From: Monocercomonoides exilis PA203
Lineage: Eukaryota > Protista > Preaxostyla
Length of the DNA: 64,000 nt
NCBI GenBank assembly: GCA_001643675.2
Contig: LSRY02000032.1
Span: 372,001-436,000 of the forward strand
Direction: 5' to 3'
Each line of letters begins with the position of its first letter. Position 1 is the stretch's first letter. The notes under the pieces were generated by a model. The model was not told the origin of the DNA and searched no databases. It saw only the letters and a program-made list of their open reading frames with translations. Shown here in pieces: positions 33,697 through 44,756 of the stretch. A program made the position numbers and the translations under genes.

Positions 33697-35938
33697 ATGA
33701 GCCAAAAATTCTCTCTGTCTGCGGCAGCGGTGAACGACTATCTGGCGCCGAGCCAGGCGTGTGTGGCAAACGTGGAGACGGAGGTGTGTGGCAGCTGTGG
33801 TTATTTTCCGGGGGCAGTGGCCGCCGTGGTTTGTGTTTTTGTGTTTTTGTGTTTGCTGCACAGAAAGCGGTGAAGATATCGCTGAACGACTGTCTGGCGT
33901 GCAGGTGTGGCAGTGCTGGGTCTTTTCCGTGGGCTGAGTTGATTGGGTGTTTTTTTCATGTTTTTTGTGCTTTGCTGGGGAATGGGGCAGTGGGTGTGTG
34001 ACGTCGGCAGAGTCGGTGCTGATTTCGCAGCAGAGCATCGAGGACCTTTTCTCGGCGATGGCGAAGAGCCGGGCGGCGAAGGAGGCGGGGGCAGAGCGGA
34101 AGGTGTTTGTGGCGTCTATTGAGCCGCAGGCAGCGGTGGCGTATGCAGCGCAGCAAGGAGTGAGCCTGACAGAGGTATTTGCGAAAGCCCGTTGTGCCCT
34201 CCCTTTTTTTCATCCTTTCAATTTTTCTTGTTTTGTTTGTTTGTCTGTTTGATTGGCGGCGGGGCAGGGGTATCTGCGGCTGTGCGGGTTTCTGAAGGAG
34301 CGGCTGGGGTTTGAGTATGTGTTTGACTGTGCGCTGGCGCAGGAGGTGTCGCTGGTGGCGACGGGGGAGGAGGTGGAGCGGCGGATCGGGGCGCTGCTCG
34401 GGGCAGGGGGGCGGACGCGGGAGCGGGAGCTGGCAGAGCAGGTGCCGCTGCTGACGGGGGTGTGCCCAGGGTTTGTGTGCTACATGGAGAAGGTGCAGCC
34501 AGCGCTGCTGGGGCACCTGCTGCGGGCGCCGTCGGTGCAGCACACGCAGGGGGTGCTGGTGAAGCGGGTGTTTGGGGCAAGCGCAGGGCTCGGGGCAGGG
34601 CAGATGTACCACGTGGCGATAGCGCCGTGCTTCGACCGGAAGATCGAGGCGCTGCGGTGGAAGAAAGACCTGCCGATCGAATGGGGCGATGGTGTGCTGT
34701 GTTTTTGTTGCGGGATGCATAACCTTTTTTCTTTTTTGTTCTGATTGTGTGGTTCAATAAATATCTTGTTTATGTGTGTTTGTTAACAGTTGCACCTGTT
34801 GACTGTGTGCTTGCGCTGACAGAGCTGCTGCAGGTGATGGAGGCGAAGCAGAAGGAGCTGTCGCTGGACAGCCAGGGGATTGCGCCGTGTGTGCCACTGT
34901 CAGCAGAGTGCGGACTTTCAGCGGTGACGTCGGCAGAGGCGGTGTTTCCGGGGATCGCGTCGACGTCGGGCGGGTATTCGGAGTGGCTGTGGCGGTATGT
35001 GAGGGAGAAGCAGAGAAGGCGGGCAGGCCGAGAGGCCGAAACGGAAAGCCCTTCTTCTTGTGGATCCTCTTCTGCATCCTCTTCTGCACCTTCGGCAGGA
35101 GCACGTTCGCTGCTGGAGGCGAGCGGGGCTGTGGTGAGGCCGGCGAGCTGGCTGACGAAGCGGACGACAACAAATGCTGTGGAGATTGTGAGTGCGCCAG
35201 AGGCAAAGACAGAGACAGAAGCAAAGGCAGAAGAAAAAGGAGAAGAAAAAGGAGAAGAAAAAGGAGAAAGTGCTGAGACGGCTGGGTTCACAGCAGTTCT
35301 GGGGTTCCGGGTGATGCAGACGCTTCTGCAGAAGATGAAGACGTACCAGCGGAACATGGAGGCGGGGAAGACAGTGGGAGAGAGCGGAGAGTACGAGCTG
35401 TTTGGGTCGCTGGTGTGCGAGGTGCATGCGTGCCCGAGTGGGTGCCTGGGAGGCGGGGGGCTTCCGCGGCGGGACATGAAGGAAACAGGGAAAGGTTTGT
35501 GGAAAGGAGGGGATGATGGATGGCACTTCTCTTTTCACTTTTCAATTTTCTCTTCAATGTGTATTCTTTATTATTATTATTATTGTTGTTGTTGTTGTTC
35601 TTTGCCCTTTTGCATTGTTATTTTTGTCTGTTGTTTTGCTTGCAGATGCGCTTCTGGCGCTTGTGGAGCGGGATGTGGAAGGGAAATGGCCAGACACGGG
35701 GAAGGTGGCGGGGGTGCTGAAGAGGCTAGGGGAAGTGCTGGCAGCATCGCACGAGAAATACAAGAAGGCAGAGGAGAAAGAGGAGAAAGAGGGGAAAGAG
35801 GGGAAAGAAGAGAAAAAGGACGAGTGGACGGCAGAGCAGCTTGTGCTGGGGATGCTTCAGAGCGAGTTCACGCCGCGGGATCCAGACACCCTGGCGCGCT
35901 CCACAGCTGCCATCAATCCTCTGACACTTCAATGGTGA
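33697..35938 (+). CDS. NAR1: Nar1/NARFL (CIAO3), hydrogenase-like cytosolic Fe-S cluster assembly factor; about 6 exons
   Basis: Spliced product carries DYLAPSQAC, KISLNDCLACSGCVTSAES, VCPGFVCYMEK, HVAIAPCFDRKIEA, VDCVL, SGGY, EVHACPSGCLGGGG and a C-terminal LQW-stop. GT-AG introns restore these motifs (e.g. CLAC-AG|T-GC; SLTE|GYLRLCGFLK). Confidence 0.93.
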
Positions 35939-36419
35939 AGAAGACAGGCAGCACGTGGGCTGGGCACACTTCTTTGCCCAGCCATTTCGTTGCTGTCTGG
36001 CGTGCAGCTGGGGCTTTTCGAAAAAGCAGATTCTCATTTCTCTCTTTCTTTTTTTCTTTCTCTTTCTCATTAGTTAGGTGTAAAAAAATGTTTTCTATTT
36101 CAGTTTTTTTTATTTTGATTGCTTTTTTTTTATTATCATTTTGCTGTCTGCAGCCGTTTTCCTGCATTTATTTTTTGTTGCAAGGTTAGTATTCAGCTGA
36201 AACAAAATCAAATCATAAATAAACGCAAACAATGAAATGCATTTTAATTTTTATTAAAAAAGAAAAGCAAATAAGCTTGAACGTTTTCGCCTCATTCACT
36301 TCAAAGAAAATACAAAATATAAATTTAAAAAAAAATTTAATGTTGAAATGAGATAATACAAAAACACGAGTAAACTTTACTACATTTATCAAAATTATAA
36401 AATCAAAGGTGAATTGATT

Positions 36420-37354
36420 TCAGGTGGAAGTATCCATATTAGAAGAAGATTGTGACGAGTTCCTATCCGAAGAGGGTTTTTCCATTTCAAGATCCGTATG
36501 TATTGGATTCTGTCTGATGATATTTACCCCAGCTTTGGGAAATAGCGCAATGTTTTGCGCTCTCCATCTTGTGAACAGCCTCACAAAGTAAACGATTATC
36601 TGTTATAAAAATATTTTTTTTCAACACATCAAACTCTAAAAGAGTTCAAACCCTAATCGCAACGCATATAAAAAAGAGTGCAATGCATCCATACATAATC
36701 TGTGACCAAATGTTCACGGCCGTGACTGGAAAATAAACGTTTGTAGTTCATTATAAAAGAAAGAAAGAAATGATAAAATTATTCAAAAAGTAAAATAAAC
36801 CATCGTTTTCGACAATATAATTGTACATCATTACAGGCATGCAATAGAATGCAATAACGCACGCTACAATAAACAATACAATGAAGAGTGCAATGAGGCA
36901 TGGTTCATAAGGCTTAAGTCTAAGTTTCTCCCATTGCTTAAAAGGCTAAATTTTAGTTAAAAATAAACAAATAAATTTTTATTGGATAAAAATAGTAATG
37001 GAACCAACCTTTGGACGATACTCCAATTTGTATTCTGAATGGCAAATCTCGCATACTTTATTAGTAGTTCAAAAAGAAGAAGAAGAGTATTGTTCAATCT
37101 CAAATAAAGTTAATATTCATTAATCTGCAATCAAACCTTGCCAATGTCCATTTTGCATGTTAATTGTTTGGATCCAATCAGTTAAGCATTCTAAATGAAT
37201 CTGAAAAAAGGAAGTGTGAAATTCACACTAATAAAACGACTGAGGACAATACCAATCCAATGGACCCTGTACAATTGCATGGTCTGCATAACGTTAAGTC
37301 GGGATCGTTAGTACGGCAAATCCTGCAGGTTTGCTCCTCTGAACCATCATCCAT
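36420..37354 (-). CDS. MARCH-type RING-CH (RINGv) membrane E3 ubiquitin ligase, 6 small exons; missed by the ORF track
   Basis: Manual splicing gives MDDGSEEQTCRICRTNDPDLTLCRPCNCTGSIGL|IHLECLTDWIQ...|VCEICHSEYKLEYRPK|PFKQWEKL, then two TM helices and YFVRLFTRWRAQN, ending in TGA at 36422-36420. The C4HC3 motif is complete. Confidence 0.9.
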
Positions 37355-37563
37355 TACAGTTAAAAGAATTATATTATGGCTTTTTGTTGATGATAAAAAA
37401 ATTAATCAATATTCTGATTTGAAGTGTTTTTAAAAATGAAGTGGAATACACAAGAAAAATAAAATTTGTGGATTTTCAAGTATTCAAAAAAAATTATGAA
37501 TTCGCTTGAAACAAAACAATTCATGCTTCAGCTAAACATTTGCATGTGAATCCTCCAAAATCA

Positions 37564-39093
37564 TTAACCTGGGAAAATGCCTTGACAGCCTCCACAACCA
37601 GTGCAGCACTGATCGGTATGAACACTGCACATAGCAGCACAATTTCTTCTGTTAATGTCGCATTTCTGTTGACATCTGCTTTGCATTGGATCATATTGGC
37701 AATTCTTTAAGCATCGCTGACGATCGCCATCGCAACCATCTAAACAAGTCTGTGCTTGGCTGACACATCGTGCAGCGCACGATTCATCTGTCGAACAGCC
37801 CGCCTCACATTCAGTGGCTTTATTTCTGCAGTCTCTGCGGCAAGTGCGCCTGTCCTTGTAGCACTGCACCTCGCAATCTGGCGAGTGTCCACAACGAAGT
37901 GTGCACGAATTGAAATCGCTGTCGCAGCGCTGAACGCACACGTTTGCATCGAAACCGCAATCATCTAAGCAAGCCTCATCACTCAGCGCTGCACAAGCAG
38001 ACGAGCAAGATTCCATCGAGCGATCGCAACTCAATCTGCAAGTTGAAAAAGAATCTCGACAAGAACGCCGGCAGGCATCTGGAAGAGGAACTGTGAAAAG
38101 ATCGCTTAATAATTTTGTAATAAAAACAAAGTTCAATTTTGAATTAGCTTGGGAATGTTGTTAAAAAATAGAAAACGTACCAACTGTCTAGGCATCTGTC
38201 CAGAGTGCTCTGGCACGAATCAAAGCATAACTGAAGTGTATTGTGACAATCTGTGAAGCAGCGGTCATGAGTGTCTCTATCACAATCCAATGCGCAATCC
38301 TGAGACAGGTCCAAGCACCGCTCATTGCACATTCGCTTGTTTGCTTTACACACTGAACGATCCATGTCGTTCGTAATCCCGTCAATGCAATCGTGGTAGT
38401 CATCGTCGCACATTCCAAAGCAAAACACCTCATCGTTTGAACAAAGATCTGGGCATGTGCCGTCTCCAAGAATACCGCATGTCTGTGTGATAAGATATTC
38501 CACAAATTTTTGAAAAAATGTATAAAAGTTGCATACTGATGTGCATGTTTGAAAAGTGATATCACATGAAGAGGTGCATGTTTCGGATTGCCTCTGGCAA
38601 GAAAGTGTGCATACTCTATCTCCAGATCGACAACCTAACTCACAAGTAGATCTTCGAATGTCGCATTGTTCGAGGCATCTTTCCAATGATAATGCACACG
38701 TTTCTTCGCAAGCCGCACCGCTATTCCAATCACATGCTTTTGTGCAAGCCTGAAAATTCGATCGAACATTTGTCTTACACTTTCTTCGAAATTTTCGACA
38801 TTCTTGTTTACATTGCTGATCAGCTCCTATATAAGATGTTTATAATTAATCTGTTTATGAGTATAAATGACCTCTTTCATTAGATTCAAACCGCAATATT
38901 CCGCACAATCAAAGTAACTTTCTGAACAAGTGTCTAAATTTTCTCTAAATGAATTAAAGCAATCAGTGTTACATTGCTCTAAAGTTATTCCAACGGTCCT
39001 TTGTGGTGAAATGAGAATTATGAGGCAGATACTGGTCAGAAAACATCCTCGAATAAATGATCTGCTGAATTTCGAATAAAAATTGAAATGCAT
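37564..39093 (-). CDS. Secreted cysteine-rich repeat protein (CX3CX6 periodicity), about 4 exons
   Basis: Signal-peptide-like N-terminus (…GCFLTSICLIILISPQRTVG). Cys-rich ORFs 38827-39141, 38144-38686 and 37564-38136 are separated by short AT-rich introns. No TM segment. Confidence 0.8.
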
Positions 39094-39369
39094 CCTAAAT
39101 ACAAAAAAGGACGATAAAGCTTTGTGACAATTTAATTTCAATTCAATTTAATTAACGGTTGAAAAGAAATTTCCAAAAAAATAAATATAAAAATTCTTAT
39201 GTCATTGTAGATTTATTTTCTTTGAATTTGGGAATTTGATCAATATAAAAAACATGTAATTGAACTAATCAAACAACGAATAATTATTTTCAACAAACAA
39301 CAAAAATGACGTGTCAATGAAATGAATTTACAATGATGTGACGTATGTGAAACATTTTTTGTGTTGCGA

Positions 39370-41021
39370 TCAATCTTCCATTTGAACACTTGATGAATTA
39401 TTACTATCCTCCGCTTTCATTGAAGTTGTTTCAAAGTCAAAATTTTCTGAAATGTTCTCCATTTCGGAATCGTCTTTTTCTTCAACAATTGTCACGCGCG
39501 TCTTACCCTCGGCTCTGAGCTTTGTTAGTAACATTGGTGATTTTGCTTCTGTCAATGGCTTTGTCGATGGCTGTGGGACAAAATCAGGTTGGTCAAAACT
39601 AGCTTTGATGGGCTGTGCGTGAAATGAAACTTTCTTTCTCCACTGCTTTTCTTCTTCTTCTTCTTTCTTGATTCTTGCTTCTTCTTCTTCCATTTTCTTC
39701 AACTCCATTTCTGCAGCTTGTTGACGGACACGTTCGTTAAAAGCCTCTCGTTCTTCCGCTCTTCTGTCGCTGTGCGTTGCGGTGTCAATTGGCTCTGTCA
39801 GAGGTCTATTTGAAGGCTGTGGGATAAAAGGAGGCTTCTCAAGAACAGATGCTGGTTGTGCTCGGAACGAGTGCCGTTTTCTCTCTTCTTCTTCTGCCTC
39901 TCGAAGCGTTTCTAATTCTCTTTCAAGGTGGCTGTCACAACGCTTTTCTATTAAAAGAGTGAACGGCTCGGGAATTGTAATTCCTTGTGAAATAGAAGCA
40001 TTTGAACTACGTCTGGAAGAAGGACTTTCTGTTTGCAATGTTTTCTTTTTCGAAGTTTGAGAGAGAATCGATTCCTGAGATCCAATTTTTGCTTCTGAAT
40101 TCTGAAAAAAAAAACATATTTATGAAAAATGATATATGCAAATCATAATTTCAAACATCCTCCTTGCGAAATCGTTCTTCAGTGAGCAAATGAAATGGAC
40201 GGACTTCAATTTTCTTTTCTGTTTTTTGAGGTTGCTAACAAAGCAAATGAAATTTTTATTAAAAATTTGAAAGATTGTAATATAACAGTTCAAACAATTG
40301 GCTGTGGATATGATGGCATTGGCATTGCTCTAAAGTGATTGGCTTCTTGTTCCATTTGAATTTTCTTTTGCATAGCCTCGTCAATTTCTTTTTGTGCAAT
40401 AGTTGCTCGTGTTTCCGTTCTAAAATGAAATGGTTGTGGAATTGTTGGAGGTAAGTGCACAGGTTCAGGAATTCCAACAGGCTTAAAAAAGAATTTATAA
40501 AAAAAAAAAGCAAATCTATTTAAAACAAAATAATATTAAAAGATATATACAGCTTGAAATATTGCGGGATTAAATTTTAGAGCATGAAATTCTCGAGGAG
40601 GAGTAATATCCAATTTTTGTTGATGTTCCTTGTTTTTCTCTCGAAGTCTACGAACAAATTCCGGTGTCTATTTGAAAAATTCATAAATTTTTATTATAGT
40701 TAATTTAAAACAAACTCTGGCAACAATCGGCTCACGTTTTAAAGGTTTTGGAACTCCAATTGAGCCTTTTGATGAAAATAGCTGAAAGAAAACCAATTCA
40801 GCAAAGCACAAAAAATAAATTTCAAACCTTAGCATTAAATGGTCTTGCTTTGAATTGATATTGCTTCATTTCTTGAAGTAATTGATTTTCACGCTCTTCT
40901 GGTGTTGGATACCTAATTTTTTTGTTGAATCAAAATAATAGTGTAAAATAACAAACATTGTTGGCTTAACGCGATATTTGGTTTGCAAGTTAGGAGAGAT
41001 TGGTGTTGTTAAATGGCTCAT
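39370..41021 (-). CDS. TPX2: TPX2-like microtubule/spindle protein, multi-exon
   Basis: Recurrent TPX2-type motifs across exons: LTTPISPNLQTKYR, FKARPF, TIPQPFHFRTETR, FRAMPMP, ITIPEPFTL, FRAQPA, RPLTEP, FHAQPI and KPLTEAKSPMLLTKLR. Confidence 0.8.
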
Positions 41022-41904
41022 TACAATATTTTTAAATTCAAAATAAATTTGAAACTGATCATACTCATAATAAATGTTGCAGTAATTCAACTTTCATTGT
41101 TTTTATCAAATTACAAAGCATTTAAAATTATCTTTATAAAATTTATTTGTAACAGAAAATGTTATTTTTTTTCAAAATAGATGTTATATTCAAGAGGATA
41201 TTTTTTTTTTATGATTTTATTTTATTTTTTATTTTTTTTTCGCAAATGTTGAATTTCTGTGTGAAATAAAAAATGAATCATTTTTGATCTCTTTTATTAA
41301 TTAATCCATAAAACTTGATCATTTTGCAATTTAGAATATACAAGTGTATTTTATTTTCGAATATGTGCACAGTAAAGAAATTTGATGAATTTCTAGAAAA
41401 AATGATTGAAAATGGTTCAGATTAATTCTCCAAGGACATTGAACATTTGCGACTTAGCAAAAAGAGAAAATCATGTTTAAAAAGAGTAGAACTTATTCAA
41501 ATTCAACGAATCAGTTTTTATTAAATGTGATATTTTGCTTTGAGTCGTTCTTTTTTGATTTGATTTTATAAAATAATATTTGAATTGATCTTTTTTCGGA
41601 TCTTTTCAGAAATAATAATATCTCCGTGTTGATCATCTTTTTTTTATTTCGAGCTTTTTTCGAATAAATTTGAATTTTTATTTGTGAATCAACCAGACAT
41701 CTGCATCTTTAATATATTATTTCAACATTCGGTCACTTTATTTTTTTGCTCATTCTATTTCTTATTCGGATCTTGAATTATATGAAAGAACTCGTTGCAT
41801 TGAATCAAATAGTCTATGATCATAAATAAAAAAATACTTGATATGAATGGAGTATTCATCTATTATTGTTATTTATCGGTATAATAGTTTTGCAATACAT
41901 AAAA

Positions 41905-41908
<4 letters not shown>

Positions 41909-41973
<65 letters not shown>
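41909..41973 (+). repeat. Poly(T) tract, about 65 nt
   Basis: Directly visible homopolymer. Confidence 0.9.
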
Positions 41974-41974
<1 letters not shown>

Positions 41975-42640
41975 TTTTTGATAATTCTTAATGTGTTTTT
42001 CATTTTGAAATGAAATATCGCATGAATATTTTATATATTATTTTTATTATTTTTTTATTCCCAAAAAAAAATTGTCAAAAATCGAAAATTCAATTATTTG
42101 TCAAGAGTGAAAAAACTTTTAATAGAATAACGAAATGTGAATCAGTGTTTGATACGTTCTCGCTTTCAAAATTCATTTCGGAATGATTTCAAATAAATGT
42201 TTTTAACAATTAATTTTATGGAGAAGAGGAATAAAATACCGATAGTATTTGGAGATTTGATATTGATGTTAATGTCAAAGGTTGTGATGTTGAAATTGAA
42301 GAAGTCGATGATGTTGATTGATTTTGACTTTGTGTATGCAGCGCATGAGGTGATATAGCAGGCGATGAAAATGATAAAGATAGTGATGGGAATGGTTGAG
42401 TTTGTCAAGATGGAAATGAATTTATTGCATCCCATTGAAAAGAAAGGTTCCATGCTTGCAAATTGTTGCATACAAGATCTTTGTCACTCTCGATGTTTCT
42501 TTCTTCTTTCAAAACTTGAATTCTTTTTTTATTTCTTTTTTCCAGAACTTCTAAATTCGCATTCTTTCTTCTTTCTTTGGAAATAATAGCTGAAATTGTT
42601 CCTTGATCAGTATCCAATATATTAGAAATATTAGACATTG

Positions 42641-44069
42641 TTAATTGATATATATAAATGTACAATTAACAAGTTCAAATATTAAATTTTGGTCAAAAAA
42701 TGAATATAAATTTCCTGTTTTTTCGAAAAATGAAGATATTGAAGGAGTCAACGTTTTTCCAGGATTAAGCCTATTCTTCATTTTCGCATAATATCTGGCA
42801 TTTGCTATCTTTTTTGCTTCTTTTTTTTCCAAATATTTTTCTGTCATTTCATCCAAAAATCTCGTATTAGCTTCAAAATCTATTTCTGTTAGAGGGTTAT
42901 GAAGAATATGAAAATTTGTTAGACAACAAGCAACAGAAAAATAATCAGCAATTTTTTCCATTTCAAAAACCCATGGTCTGCGAAAAACTGTGAATAATGT
43001 TTTGAGTCGACCAAATAATCGTTCAACAATCACTCTGAGTGAAGTCAACTCCGGAGTTCCGATTGGTTTTGTGATGATTGCTCCTTATTCAGGCTTGGCT
43101 TCGATTAAAGCAGAATCTGCGAATATTTTTGCACCTCCATGTTGTGTCTGAGACGTTGGAGAATGACCCTTAAAAATTGCTAAAAAAATCATGTGGAGAA
43201 CCAGAATAGACGGAGCTAATCGATCTGGCTGTTCCAATTCCAAATTTCACTCCCACCTCCGCCTTCACGCAATATTCATGATATTTGCAGGAATAATTTT
43301 TCTATCCGTTCTCTAACTTCCACCCCGGCTGATTGATTGGTATTACAGAACAATCAGTATTAATTCCAGCTTCTTCAAAGCCAGCACTTCTGTCAGGATG
43401 AAAAGATAGAAACAAGTGAGCCGGTTGATTTTTGACAATTGAAATATTTGAATGGAGAGGGTGAAGTGCAAAAAATTGTGAATCTTGTTATGGCTGTGCT
43501 AGCAAATGTGTCAAAGAAAAAGATCTGTGATGTGGGATTTCCAGGAGCAAGAAAAGCTGTTCATCGAATGAGTTGATAGATTTTGAACAGCATCTTCGGG
43601 GATAATCACACGGAGAAAGCAATCGAATCAGCATATCAAACTATGTTTGTTCAAATCCTGTCAGATGATTGAACCCAATACATGGATCGATAAATTTTTG
43701 AAAAGCAATATCGATGATTAATTTCTTTCCTTCTTCTTTCATTTTTTCAACATGATTGGGAATATCATTTCTTTTCTCCACTTTTTTCAAAACATCCAAC
43801 AATGGAATTTATGACATGATTGTTAATGATTACAAAATGTGACAAATAAAAAACACACTTTTTTCATGATTTTTCTTGATGATGCTTGCACACATAATTG
43901 TGACAAATTGCATAGATTCAATCAACTCAAATTGGAACAGATAAAAATCACATTTGATGATACAAATAAGGATTTGCTTGGGCAAACACCATGTGAAGAA
44001 ATAGATTGTTACAGTTCTTAACAAAAAATTTTGAAATTTCGAAGAGAAATTGAAAATAATGTTCACCAT
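42641..44069 (-). pseudogene. Decayed PIF/Harbinger (DDE_Tnp_4-type) transposase
   Basis: RVIVERLFGRLKTLFTVF...ACCLTNFH, with upstream fragments ITDCSVIPINQP, YSCKYHEYCVKAEV and IFADSA broken by stops and frameshifts. Confidence 0.8.
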
Positions 44070-44079
44070 TTATTATTTA

Positions 44080-44756
44080 AAATTGGAAAACTTATTATTC
44101 AAAATTAATTGAATCGAGTATTTTTCAAAAAATTTTTTGTGTAATAATTGGTTTTTGCTAAATGCAAAAAAGTGATGAAAAAGTTTTATTTTTCGTTATT
44201 CATGAAAATGATGAAAAATGAGACGTCTGATATTTTTGTTAGTCTACAAACATGATAATTTTTGATTTTTCAGATAAAAATCATCATCAAGAAAATCTAA
44301 TTATTATTCTTTCACATCACATTGTTGGATTCCACTTTATTCAACCTAAATATATTATTTGCATTAAATTATTTCTGAAGATCATCAAAACAATGAAAAA
44401 CACTGAAAATGCATTAATTGATTTATTCATTTGAAATTAATATTTGTTTTCAGCATCTAATATTGATGCAAATAATAAAATTTGAATGAGGAATGTGTTA
44501 TTAATCATTGAAAAGAAAAATAATTAGAAAATTATCAGATTTTCTTGATGATGATTATTATCTGAAAAATCAAAAATTATCATGTTTGAAGACAAATAAA
44601 AATATCAGAGGCTCATTCCTCATCGTTTTCATGAATAATGAAAAACAAAACTTTTTCATCACTTTTTTGCATTTAGCAAAAAGCTAATTATTACACAAAT
44701 ATTTTTTTGAAAAATACTTAATTCTATTAATTTTGAATAATAAGTTTACCAATTTT
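44080..44756. repeat. Imperfect inverted repeat with arms of about 220 bp (44080-44300 / 44535-44756)
   Basis: For example tttgctaaatgcaaaaaagtgatgaaaaagtttt vs aaaactttttcatcacttttttgcatttagcaaa, and aaacatgataatttttgatt vs aatcaaaaattatcatgttt. Confidence 0.9.

Noticed and set aside
33697-35938. [FeFe]-hydrogenase
   Set aside because: The H-cluster signature differs (VCPGF rather than SCCPxW; no small-subunit region). The ISLNDCLACSGC N-terminus and terminal Trp are Nar1 features.
34747-36189. 480-aa ORF as a single CDS
   Set aside because: It reads through a T-rich intron (~35495-35645). The spliced Nar1 frame ends at 35938.
1-41100. Genome-wide non-standard code (TAA/TAG=Gln as in Streblomastix, or TGA=Trp)
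   Set aside because: Long ORFs contain no in-frame TAR. TAG and TAA end genes (6785, 7885, 37564), TGA ends Nar1 exactly after its conserved Trp, and Trp is encoded by TGG.
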